From the NCBI GenBank assembly GCA_012295275.1, contig CM022678.1, positions 7,564,001-7,628,000 on the forward strand: 64,000 nt of DNA, read 5' to 3'. Made by a program: the position numbers and the translations under genes. Positions 49,446 through 62,422 of this stretch are shown here, piece after piece (within the stretch, counting starts at the first letter, position 1; each line of letters begins with the position of its first letter). This DNA comes from Chrysomallon squamiferum (lineage: Eukaryota; Animalia; Mollusca). The notes beneath the pieces are model-generated. The model searched no databases, was not told the origin of the DNA, and was given only the letters and a program-made list of their open reading frames with translations.

Positions 49446-52400
49446 CAAAAATTGATGATTACTATCACATTAATTTTAGGTTATTTAGAAAAATGACATT
49501 CCACAGCAGTGATGAATCTCTATTCCTCTTTCAGCGAAAAAAGTTAGAATAACCATGCACACTCATCAGTGATAAAAACAGTGCAAGCTGCTATGAAGTA
49601 CAATGTGTACACTGGATGTTCTGATAATATTGACAATGCAGTCTCTTGGAGATCACTGAGGTTTCAAAATTCAAATTAGATTGATTTTATGATCTTACAG
49701 ATTTTCTCTTGAAAGTGTTGTACTTTCTCTGGACAGGGAAGACTGTGATATAAAAGCATTCTGGTGCTCTAGTTAATCTTTTCTGAAAATGTGTTTTACA
49801 GCATTTTCAACTGAAGCGCTGGCTGAGGCAGCTTGATTCTGTTGTCTAGGATCCTACAACAAAATATAATATTCATTAATAATCTAAACATAAAATAAAG
49901 TGCAAGTAGTATTTTTGTTGTCAGCTCTAACTGCGTTTCACTGTCTTAGCAAGAGAGTTTAATTTTTTCCATAGAATATTAATACTAAAAATAATTTATT
50001 AAATATATTTAAATTCTTAATTTCAATCAGTTTAATATTATTTTTTAACTTTGATATAAAAGGATTAAAACAGCAATAAACAGCAAAAGAGCTTATGAAA
50101 AATATTTGTTTAATATATTTGAATAATTATGTAACCTGGTAAAATTTGATATTTACGCTATGCTTTAGTCCAGTTTAAGATGACTGCCAGGAATATTAAA
50201 TAAACAAACATTTTAAACCTGTATAGTATTACAATAGACAGTAAGAAAATGGTTTTCTAATACAGATTCTACTTGAAATACTAATATACTAACATGATGA
50301 AAATACATTTGAGTTTATTCTGAGAATCTTTAATTAATCGTTATAGTTACATCATTAATAACAAATTATTTGATTAATTAAAACATTTAATTGTAATATT
50401 CTTTCCTGCCATTTTAATGTAATTTAATTTTTGCCATTAATGAAATACATTTTGTCTTATAAATAAACCACAATTATCCTATGCATTCAGGTAATAGTTA
50501 CAATAATGATCATTAAGGTATATTTTCAAATGTATTTAAAACAAAGACAACATTATACATGCATGTGATAAAATAAGAAAAGAAGATAAATCTTTCAAGC
50601 CAATTTATGGAACAACCTTTCAAATCCACCAAAATTCCATCGTTATACTAAATTTCAAAATACTGTAAATATCTTTAGTGATACCAAATGAAGTAATAAA
50701 TGTTTGTATTTCAGTTTAGAGTGAGATATTTATAACAGAAAATTACAAATTTATACAAATGTTCTGTTCACTACTCTATTAGGCTGGCATGCAAATTATT
50801 ACAAGGTTTACACTGATTCTACACTATTAATTTTCAGTGCATCAGTTTACAAAAACACAAATATATTATATTTTCATGTATGATGCTTAATTCAGTCTAA
50901 GAAAACATATTTCGCATAGAATTTTGTGAAAGACCGAGGAAATATTTAAAACTGAAATAAAATGGAAAGGTTTACAATGAATAATGTATTTAAATACCTG
51001 CTGGACAGCACCAAATACTTCAACTCTACTGGAGACTCAAGCTGCTCTTTGTTCCAAACTGTCAATTTGAGTTTGTATTTTATCAACAATTTCTTGAATA
51101 TTTTTATCCTTAACAAGCCGATTTAATTTCTGAAAATATACAGTTTAAATCCACACATTAGAATACTGGTTTCTTCAATTCCTATAAATACATGTGATAC
51201 CCAGATGAAAGATCATTTGGTGAAACCTAATAGAAAGATTATTGAGTAAATACTGGTATTTCCTTGTTGTAAAACGATTCAATAAATTGAGTCAGCATGA
51301 ATCAATATAATTATAGTAAACTAAAATCTGAAATTTAACCTTTTTTAAAATCTTTTGTTTTGTAATCTAATGAGATTTAATAATGCAGTTATAAGTTCAA
51401 ATTATTTACTGAAAGATAATTTAAAGCTAGAGAGATAAAAAAAAAATTCTAAAATAAAGATGAATTAAAGCTAAAGAAGAATTTTTCATTCAGAAACACC
51501 TTCAACAAAATTAACATAGATCTGTTTTCCTTTATGAACTGATTTCACAAATACCTCAACTTCATTCCTTAAGTCATGTACTTCTTGGTTCATTTTTTGT
51601 TTTTGTGAGTTAGAAACAAAACTATTTTGATTACTCCTAGTACAAATATAAGCTAAAAAGAAATAAAACAATGCCAGGCTTTTGTCTTTGCCACTGTCAC
51701 ACAAAGCCATCACAGTTGTCTGCCAAGTGGTTTCATTTTAATGTTTTTCTTTGCCTGGTTTTAGCATGTTCAAGTTTTTGGTGACCTGGTGTAAGACTCA
51801 CCAACTTAAGAATTGTTGTAGTCTGACGTGGTCGGCTTCAATGTCCAGGTCACCGAAATTGAGCTTTTCATCAGCAGAACTTTCAACAACTCTGAGTCAG
51901 AGTCACATTGGTGGGTGCACTGCCTAGTTTGAGGAAATAAATAAATAAACAAATAAATAAATAAAAAAATGAATAAAATATTTTACAAAAATAAAAAAAA
52001 TAAAATACTGCTACTACTACATTTACTGCAAACTTCATGCTACTTTTATTACCATCATTACTATAACTAATATTTTCTATTATTTCTTATTCAACTAGGG
52101 CTACTGTTATTGAAATAATACTCCTATTACTAAAATTACTATCCATTAATAATGAAAGTGACATTTTGGCTCTCTTCACTATTAGTCCTACGTCAGTATT
52201 TCTTTATACTAATATAATTACTACAACAACAACTATGACTACTGTTACTACTACTATCTCTGCTGTTAACCTACTCTTCTTGTTATATTTATCATAACAA
52301 TTTCTCTAAAAACAACTACTACTACTACTACTACTACTGCCACTACAACCAGTAATCTGACTACAAACAGTTTTTTTAAATCACCATGAGTCTCACAAGA

Positions 52401-52470
52401 TACATTACTATTACAAAGCTATGGAGACAGCATCATCAGATAAAATATGGCCAAGATCAATTCTACAACA

Positions 52471-52660
52471 TTACTATAACAAGCAGTATTATTACTAATG
52501 CTACAAGTACTAATGCTGTAACAACTACATTACTACCACAATAGCAATGACTAATACTATTACTATAACAAGCAGTATTATCAATAATGCTACAAGTACT
52601 AATGCTGTAACAACTACATTAGTACAACAATAGCAATGACTAATACTATTACTATAACAA
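52471..52660. repeat. 89-bp tandem duplication (x2 plus partial)
   Basis: TTACTATAACAAGCAGTATTAT...GCAATGACTAATACTA repeated with period 89. Confidence 0.88.
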
Positions 52661-53968
52661 CAACCTCTGTAGATGCTCCTGTTCTGCCATATTATTTGAT
52701 GACATTTCTCTCCTGTGGTGAGCTCACAGAATTAGCTCTTCATGTGTACAGAGCAGTTTCTGAAAAACAAGTTTTTTTTATTTATTTACCTTTGTAGTTA
52801 TATATATATTTACAACAAAATAATCAGGTTTATTTGAATGGAAGTGTTGTGTTTGTGTGTGTTTAAGAAAGAGAGAGAAACATGATATAAAATGCAGTGA
52901 TACAAGATTCTAATGTTTGTGCATGTGTACTTACTGATATATGTTACAAAATGCAACTTCCTACATTATATTAAATTAAACTTCATTAGGTTTTGAATAA
53001 TGAGAAAACAAACTTAAATTCACCTGTTCAGGTTTTTTTCCTCTTTTCCAGTGGCAGCAGTACAAACTTTATCCTCAGTGCTGGACAGCACCTTCTACTG
53101 AAACAACTTCACAAGCCAACATCAGCACATCAATTATGTGAATTCTGAAGAAAAAAATACAAATAAAATAATCAAAATAATAAACTGTTATAAATAAATA
53201 ACTAATGTTTCTGTTATTATTAAAACTTAAATTGTACTGGTACCAGTTACTGGATTATTCAGATACAAAGGGTTGTGGGATATTTTTGATATACTTTGCA
53301 TAATAATTATAATGATAATAATTAAAAATAGTAATAATTTAAATAATTAACAAAACAATAGCAAATAAATGATTATTATTATGCTATTTTACAATCAGTA
53401 AAGAGTTGTTACTATAAAACTGACAAAACTGATTTAATTGCTGTTCAGTTGTAAGTGTCTAACCAGAGAACAGTTTAATTATTTCTAATCAAACTGTCAG
53501 TTAAATATGTCTACTTTTAGTTTTTACGGGGAACAGTTTTTGTGTGTGCGTGTTTGTGTGTGTGCGTGTGTGTGTGTGAGAGAGAGAGAGAGAGCTTGCA
53601 CATGCATGCAGTATTCTAATTTTATCATGGAACTCATGACTGGCCTGTACAGAGCTACACTGGGTTAAATATAATATTTCATGGAATGATGTCAGTATTG
53701 TGTTAATCAGTTAGCTCTCCTGTCTCTAAAACTAGAACTGCTACAGCATTAAATAAAAAAGTGGAAGAGTATAAAGTTAGCTTGGTGCCTGCTATGACTT
53801 TCAAGAACACTTGATTAAAATTAAGTCCCAAAAACTTTGTTTCCAAATAGTTATGAACAAGAACTAGCATAAAGTTATCATTTTAATAAACAAACAATTA
53901 AATAAATTAATAATGTAACAACAAAAAAGAAAAAGAAAAAAGAAGAAAAAAACAAATAAACAAATAAG

Positions 53969-53999
<31 letters not shown>

Positions 54000-55329
54000 A
54001 TGATGGACATCTAAATATTAACAAATAAACAAATAAAAAAGGATATAAATAAATAAATAAATGATCAACATCTAAATATTAACAAATAAATAAACAAATA
54101 AATAAATAAATCAAGTTATATATAACCAATAACTAAGTAAATAAAGATACAAGTACTCTGCTGTTGTCTGACTCGCTCTCCGAGGCCTCTGTCACGGTGA
54201 TGTCATCAAACGTCGATGTTTTTCAGGCTTTTCCTAAACTGAAATTTAAAAAAAATGAACTTTCCAACAAACTGAAATATGGACTGAAGAAAGTAAAATA
54301 TTTTTGTCCCATAGCTTGGTTTTTAAATAAATTTGTTAAATAAGTTTTTGTTTAACTGAACACAGCTTGTCTGGACTGTCATCTGTTTTCACAACAAACA
54401 AAAAGGTTATCTTGACTTTTTCACAGCAATTTTCCCATAAAACTGTGGGTTCTTTTTTTTATTATTACTGGTTCTTTTTTCTGTTTTACTCAATTTACTG
54501 TCAATCTGACCACTGATATTTAACAACTGCTTTATGATTCTGTGTGCATACATGTGTTTGTGTGGGATGTGTGTGTGTTTAAAATAAATTGGGCTATATT
54601 TTGATATCAAACTACTGAAAACTGTTTGCCCTGAAGAAATTCAGAAAGTTTTTACAAATTTTTCATTATTAATGATGTAGCCAACAGCAAAGACGTTTCT
54701 TGTTTACATCTAACTTATCAAGCTGCTGCGTCTGTTGCCAGGGTTCAAAACGACGTTGCAGCTGGTGTTGTTATGAAAAGCTGTTGTCATAGTGATGTGC
54801 TTGTCTAGCTGATTAATAAACTTCATCTTCCAGTCTGAAAGATCACAAAAATAGGCTGGGCTAGGAAAACAGGCAGAGTGAGTTATAATTGCAAGTGCAT
54901 CTGAGGAAGGAGTTAAAAACAAACAACAAAACCTATTTTGTATATTAAAGTTAATAAAACCTAGTAGAGACCTATTTTACTTATAGGAAATATAAAATAT
55001 GATTAAAATTTGTTAAACCTGTTTACATATAACAAATATAAACTATTTTAAAGTTAGTTAAACTTGGTAAAGACATATTTTAACTTACGTAATGGATGTA
55101 AGATATTTTAAAACTAGGAAACACTGTTAAAAAGATATTTTTTTGTAAGATATGATAAAATTAGACAAACCTGGTAAAGAGCTGTTGAATTCATTGAAGT
55201 TTGGTGTTTGTGTTCCAGTTATCCTGTTAAACTGAACTCCAGTCAATGCTGGTGATTTCTGTAAACCTGTGAAACAAACCATGTCAACTTATTTAATAAC
55301 ACATAAATTTCATAAATTTACAACAGACA

Positions 55330-55710
55330 CAAGATTATCTTAAGTAATAGTTTGATACATTTTTAGAGATTAATCTTAGAAAATAATAACTAACACAGAG
55401 ATAAAAGAAAATAATTATCATCAAAGATTATCTTAATAGATTGTTTTATGTAACAGTCTCATTCAGTTTTAAAGATTAATCTCCTAAAATAATAATTAAC
55501 ACAGTTTTCATCTAATTAACTTAATGATTAATCTTATAAACTAATAATTAACACAGAAATAAAAAAATAATAATCATCTAAGATTATCTTAATAGATTAA
55601 CTGATACAGTTTTAAAGATTAATCTTATAAAATAATAGCTAACATAGAGATAAAAAAAATAATAATCATCATAGATAGTAACAGTTTGATACAGTTTTAA
55701 AGATAACAAA
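55330..55710. repeat. Degenerate tandem repeat (about 3-4 units)
   Basis: AAGATTATCTTAA...TTTTAAAGATTAATCT...AATAATAA(C/T)TAACACAG recurs. Confidence 0.75.
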
Positions 55711-58700
55711 AATAAATGAAATTAATCTACACTGAAATGATCTACACCAAACTCACGATTGGACAGAAGTGTACTGCACAGTGACGCTGATGCTTCACAA
55801 ACAGTTTTTAACTCAGCCGTGGTTGTCGTCTGACTTGGTGGGTGGATCTCACTTCAGTGATGCTGCTCACATCAGCGACTGCTTGTGTTTGGAAAACGCT
55901 GACAGAACGTCGTCAACATCGATGTCCAGTTTCTGTCCTTTGAACAGTAACTGTCTCAGTCTCGGGATTCAGCGGCTCATTCTTCATCTGTCTTTCTTCT
56001 GCCTTTTTGTTTTCTTCCCTAAAACAAAAAAAAAAACCTGTTTGTTAATCAAGTAAGAGTAAACTCAAAATTAAAATCTCAAAAGGATATAAATAAATAA
56101 ATAAATGAGGAACATCTAAATGTTAACAAATAAACAAATAAATAAGGATATAAATAAATGATGAACATCTAAACATTAACAAATAAACAAATAAATAAAT
56201 AAATAAATAAAGACATAAATAAACAAACAAATAAATAAATAGACATAAATAAACAGACGGACAAATAAATAAATATGACTGTGTAACAACTGGCAGACAA
56301 GCAGTTTAATGGTATGATGCCATATTTGATTACTAATTTTAATCTTTTAAACTAAAATCTTATACTTTTGCTTAGAATATAATTTTGGTGTAGAATTTAT
56401 TCTGGTCAGTAACTTACTCCTTCAAACAAAATCATAAATGAAACTGGTGAGGATATATCCCGAGAATAACTGATCCAATTACTTCCAAAATAATAAATAC
56501 ATTTTAAAAACTGATGGAGTTTGAAGAATTTTATCACCATGGGTTAATTTTAATTTCATGTTCTTCAAATTTTCATAAATATTCATGTTTAAATAATGTC
56601 CTGGTAATACGGGAACCTAAGCTGAGTATTAAAGTTTAGCAAATTCAAAAATATGTTACAGAAAATAAAAATAGAAGAAAATGTTCAATGCCTCTGCACA
56701 ATGGGCTAATGTATTTGACTGACATAAAATATAATTTATATGCAAAGAAAAGAAATGTAACAGAAATACCATACCTTGAGTTGTTTTGGGCATCACCAAA
56801 ACTGGATCTGTGACCTTTTTCCCAGAAAACATGTTGCTTTGTCAACCTTATGTTAAAACAAACAATTCCTATTTCATCCATTTCCAGAAAGGTCTGATCT
56901 GAAAATAAACATGTTTTGTGTAAAATATTAACTTTATATGCTAACAAGAAAAGTACAGAGACTAAATACAATAATATGTACATTTAGTATTTTAAATCCT
57001 TTCTTGTTCTGTTCTCATATAAAACGACGTACAAAATAATAAATAAATAAATAAATAAAACTACTAATGAAATTATTGTTGGAGTAAATTTGGCAGCGAA
57101 GGTAAGTGACATGTCTGCTGCTTAGTTAATAATGTACTTTCTTTTCTAAAATTAATTTAACAAAATAGAGAATGTTATATCATTTTTTATCTTTTGTTTT
57201 CTGTATATGCATGATCTGTATCACAGTATTTCTCTTATATCCAAAATCATTAAAACTTAATACAGATATAAATCACACTCTGTAATATTATTTTCCTTGT
57301 TTAAACATGTAAACTACCTGTCAGAGATTTTATTTTTTTATTTTATTATTTTTTTTTTTTAAATGTTTTATGCAGTCGACATGTTATATCATTAATATTT
57401 ATTTCTGTGTTGATTTCGGGTCAATTTAAGACTGCAAGTTTAACTAATTGACATATTCATATTCAGATAATGAGATATTGTGCACTTAAAAATGAATTAA
57501 TTGAATTCTATTAGTTTACCTCATTGGAATCCTGGAATCTTTAATTAGTCCAATGTCAAAGTAAAATGATCAATTCTGTGCAAAATATTTACAAACAAAT
57601 CCTAACACTCCACCCGCCATGGAATGAACTTCCACTAACTTTCCAGACAGCATGGAGATAACTGTAGTCTTGATAAACAAAACAAAGAGTCTCGCTGACC
57701 CAGTATCGTAATGTCATCGTGACCGTTCGGATCATTTCGGCCGAATAAACGGAGTCATTCGAGTCCTCTGTGTATATTTTGCCTAACAAAATAAATAAAT
57801 TATGTAAATACACAACAGAATCCGTTCACCTCAGAAAAAGGCCTGTTAGCAAAAAAAAAAAAAAAAATAATAATAATTAAAAAAAATAAATCTGTTTCAT
57901 TTAAACCTTAATTTTTAACCCTGTGGAATTGTTTTGTTTTGAGGTGGTGGTTTCGGGGATGGGGGGGGGTGCTTGTTTTTTAAGAATAAATATGACTGCT
58001 TTTTATCCCGTTTTTTTTTTTTTTTTGTGTTGGTTTTTCTTTTTTAATTTAACTTTATTTTATTTTATTTTATTAATTTATTTTATTATTTATTTATATA
58101 TAAAAAAATAAATACAAATAAGTATTATCGCAATTATGTATTTATTAATATTAATGTTATTTATAATTATTATGGTTATTTCTCTTAATTTCATTTTTAG
58201 CTCAGAAGTGAATAAATTATAATTTTCCTAATTTGCCAAACCTGTGTTAATTGTAAATATTAAAATGCATACTTGAGATAATCTGACAGAGAAATACTTT
58301 AAACACCAGAAGTTTTACTGTGGCTGCGACTATAGAAAGGAAATCACATGCTGGTCTGAAACCAGAATTAATTTCTACAAATTTTGTAATAATAAACAAA
58401 TTAATAACTTCTTAAATACTAAATAAAATTAGGTTAAGGCCAGACCAGTCTCGATAAACCACGATGTCTCGAACATAGACGGATTCGAATGTATGCTACG
58501 CTTTTCAAACCAGTTTAAACTGATGCTTGACAGCCAGACTATTTTTATTTTTTAATTCGGTAACGTTTTACTTGTTGATTATTCAGGTTAATAGAATTTT
58601 GGAAATATTTCACGAGAATCAAAATGGATTGGGATGTTTTATGTTTGTGCGAATCCAAGTGTGAATCGGATGCGGAAATATTAGCACTTTTCAGCCATGG

Positions 58701-58729
58701 ATCGAGGTAAACAAGACTGATTGTATTGT

Positions 58730-58771
<42 letters not shown>

Positions 58772-58936
58772 GGCAGTTTCATATGTAAATACATTTATTA
58801 TAACATTCACAAACGATAATAAGCAGAGAAAAATGCATTTATCTGACAAATGTAGATTGATAACAAAAATCATGTTCTTACAAAAAATAATAAACATTAT
58901 GATTATATTTACTATTGGTATTGCTATTTTTCGTAG

Positions 58937-61511
58937 TCATAAAAGCATTATTATCCAGGTCTGTCAAGAAAGGAAATTTACAGCATGGAGTTCTAAGGAT
59001 GAATCAGTTGTTACAGAAACGATTCTTATGCAAACTGCACCGTTCTGAGATGTAAGTTTTTTATTTTATTTTTCTGTCTTAGAGAGTAAAATAAGTTTTT
59101 TAGAAACTCTTTATATATTATAAAATAGTTTAATAAAAATCACTTATTTTCTATTGTTTTGTAATCAGTTTATTATTATAATAATTATGTTACATTATTT
59201 ATTAATAACAAAGTATATCGAAGATATCCCACAGCCAACTTTGTCTGAATAATAAAGTTAAATTTAAATTTTCATAGAAGTATTAGTTATTTATTTATAT
59301 CTGCTTAGTTATTATTTTTATTATTATTTTATTTATTTTTTCTTTCAGAATGTACATATAGTTCTAATTGATGTGATGATGTTGGCATATGCCAGTGAAG
59401 TTCTTTCAGTAGAATGTGCTGTTCCAACCATCAGGTATGCTGTTGTTTTATTTTGTTAATATACATTTATGATGGATACACAAACAAAACAATCTAAATG
59501 TGTTTAGTATGTTTCCAGTTAAACAATTTCAGAATGTGTAAAATCAAATCAGTTTTGTCAATATAAAAAAAAAACCCAATTAAAATAGTTTTTTATACAG
59601 AATATTGAAGGAAACTCTGTTTGGCTAGACTGCACCTTTTCCCTTTTTAATCTGAATTAATTATCCACTGGTACATTTACTCATTCATATTAGTACTTGT
59701 TAATTCCAGATTGCTTTCATTATCCATTTGTATATTTATTCATTCATAGCAATACTGTGCTAATTGCAGATTGAAACAGGAGGGTGCAGAACAGAAGAAA
59801 GCAGAAGAGAGAGCGAGAAGAAAACAGATTTATGAACAGTACTTGCAGAAAAAATGACAGAAAGAAGCTATGGAAAACGGAGGAGAGCGACCCATAGAAC
59901 TGAACAGAGCCTCAGACCGCACTGCCAAGTCAAAACCAAGACCGAAGTCTGTGTTTGTGAAGGCTACACCCTCTGATCAGGAAGACACAAGTTCTGTTGG
60001 GTCACAGGACGATACATCAATTCGTGGATTTGGCATGAAATCACGTCCTTGTGGTTGTAAGTTTGTGCCGGTTTTGCTTGTCTAGTTTTTCTGTTCTATT
60101 CTTCTTTTGTTCTGTTTTTGCTTGTGTTTATTTTCCTGTTCTTTTGTGCATTTGTAGTTGTTCTCTGTGGAACATTTAGTTGATGGTTTATTTGACTGCA
60201 TTTTGTGAATTTAAATGAGGTATTATTTAACTGGAAAAACTAATACAAAATTTATGATTATCTTTTTATATTAGATATCTACTTTATATTACAATATTGT
60301 ATGTACAATGTACATATGTTATTAAATTTATTCTCTTATTTATTTTATTATTTTATTTTCTTTCTGTTCATTTATTCTTCTTTTTAATACAATTACTTAT
60401 TATTAATATTCATAAAATTTATTTTTCTTTTGATGTTTTTATTTCAATACAAATTTTATCTTTTATTTTTATTTATCTCTTCATGCTTTCTAATGAATCT
60501 GTATTCTCCATTGCATATAAGAATTCAAATTTCCATTAATTTTGTAGATTAGACAAAATACTTTGGCTTTTACAGCTTCAAAGCTTTGTCAGTTACAATA
60601 AAGCTGTCTATAGATGTAGTTTCCTTGTAAAGTTTATCAATAAAATCTTTAATAAGCAAGGAAAATCAAAATGCAGAGAAACACATTAAAAAATAATAAA
60701 TAAATAAAAGTAAAAACAAAATCTAAATTTATAATTTTACTTTTAGGTAAGAAAAAAAACAGAATGAATTATTAAAATATGAAAACAATACTATGCCAAA
60801 CAGAAATAGATTAATATTCTCTTCTGACAGATTAAAAATAATCATAGAGCTTTCCTTGATTTTATGCTGACACCTTTCATGAAATTTCTTGCCTGCTTGA
60901 GGAGATTATATCTTTGCTATAATTTAGTTTAATTTTATCAATAAGAAAAATAAAATATATGATTATCTGTTTTGTTCTGAACCTGAAGAACTACATGATC
61001 AGCCATTTTGATTTTAGTTTTACTAGAAAAATGTATTCAGTACATGCAGTTTTTATTAAGTAGTCTTTTAGTTATTTTGTCACTATTAAAATAGATTCAG
61101 CTGAGAAACTCTTTTTACCCTATCCATCTTCTACAGAACAACCGTAAAAATGAAAACTTCACATTTTGTTTTGGAAATCTTTTAAAAAATTTACCTTTAA
61201 AGATATAAGGAAAAGTGTTTTTAATCTCACTGATCTTTAATAAAAGATAGAAATTTGTTAATCTCTTCAAAAAGGCAAGAAATGGGTAGAATTTAACCAA
61301 ACTAACACTATACAGTCTCTCCTTATTTTTTTTTTTTTTTCTGTATGTCAGGAATAAAATAAGTGACGTTATTTAATTTTTGTTTTTCTTATAAATGCAG
61401 TTTTGTTTCCTTTTTTTTATCTTTCTTTTAATCGTTTTCATTTTAAAAGTACAAGAAGTTTTGGAATGATCTCAAATCTGAATTTATTTAAAGTGACAAA
61501 TTGGTGTTATA

Positions 61512-61556
<45 letters not shown>

Positions 61557-62252
61557 TAAAATAATTAACCAGAGAAAAAAATCAACCAAAGAAAGTTAGT
61601 CACTTATTTGCTTCCTGCATGATTTTGGTAAAGGAATTTTTGACTTTATTTTATTTTCAATCTTTTTTCTTTTTTTCTGTTTTTTGTGCATTGGTTTGTT
61701 TGCTTGTTTCAGCCTCCCATCCTTCTCACTTTCATATTGGTTCACCTCGTGGCAATATGAGAAAAGCAGGTTTGTTCTCATCCACATCTAGAAAATCACA
61801 AACATCCTAAATGTATTTTGTTTTCTAATAGTTTTGTGGTTTTTGGTACCCATAATTATTTTATACAGAAATCAGTAACAGAGTGTATGCCAGCATTTTG
61901 TGATAATTTACTCAATCTGAATATCTTTTACGTGTCTCATATATATATTTCTCAAGTGAATCAGAGATATGAAAACAAAGAAAGTTCTTTATAAAGTTCA
62001 TTGATGTACACTTTATTATTAGAAAACACTTTGGTGAACAGAAAAAATTAAAACAGTAAACATGAACAAAATACATTTAGGCCATTTGGACCATCAGATA
62101 TATTCAGCTTTTATGTTAAAAATTAACAAAAATTATCATCATCCATCAGTTTAAAACATAATAATTATCATTCAGTCATCCATATGTTTTCATCAGCCCA
62201 TCATTTAAAATTTTAACCAAATCTTTGCCTTACAGATATTTCTTTCCATTTT

Positions 62253-62299
<47 letters not shown>

Positions 62300-62367
62300 G
62301 TCAAAAGTCTTTCTGCTCTTAGTTTAATTCTGTTTGCATATTTACAAAACTTTCATTCGCTTATCCA

Positions 62368-62422
<55 letters not shown>

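Larger units (their letters stand above)
49500..56018 (-). pseudogene. Decayed multi-exon gene, partly CAMSAP-derived
   Basis: AG/GT-bounded exon-like blocks at 56018-55757, 53144-53024, about 52759-52666, from 51923, 51129-50998 (KLNRLVKDKNIQEIVDKIQTQIDSLEQRAA*VSS) and from about 49853, with stops or frameshifts. The 53144 exon is a nucleotide-level homologue of CAMSAP exon 59349-59434. Confidence 0.55.

Noticed and set aside
57589-57813. Minus-strand ORF KIYTEDSNDSVYSAEM.. with a good acceptor at about 57782
   Set aside because: No recognisable homology or clear donor; it may be a 5' exon of the decayed gene but cannot be supported.
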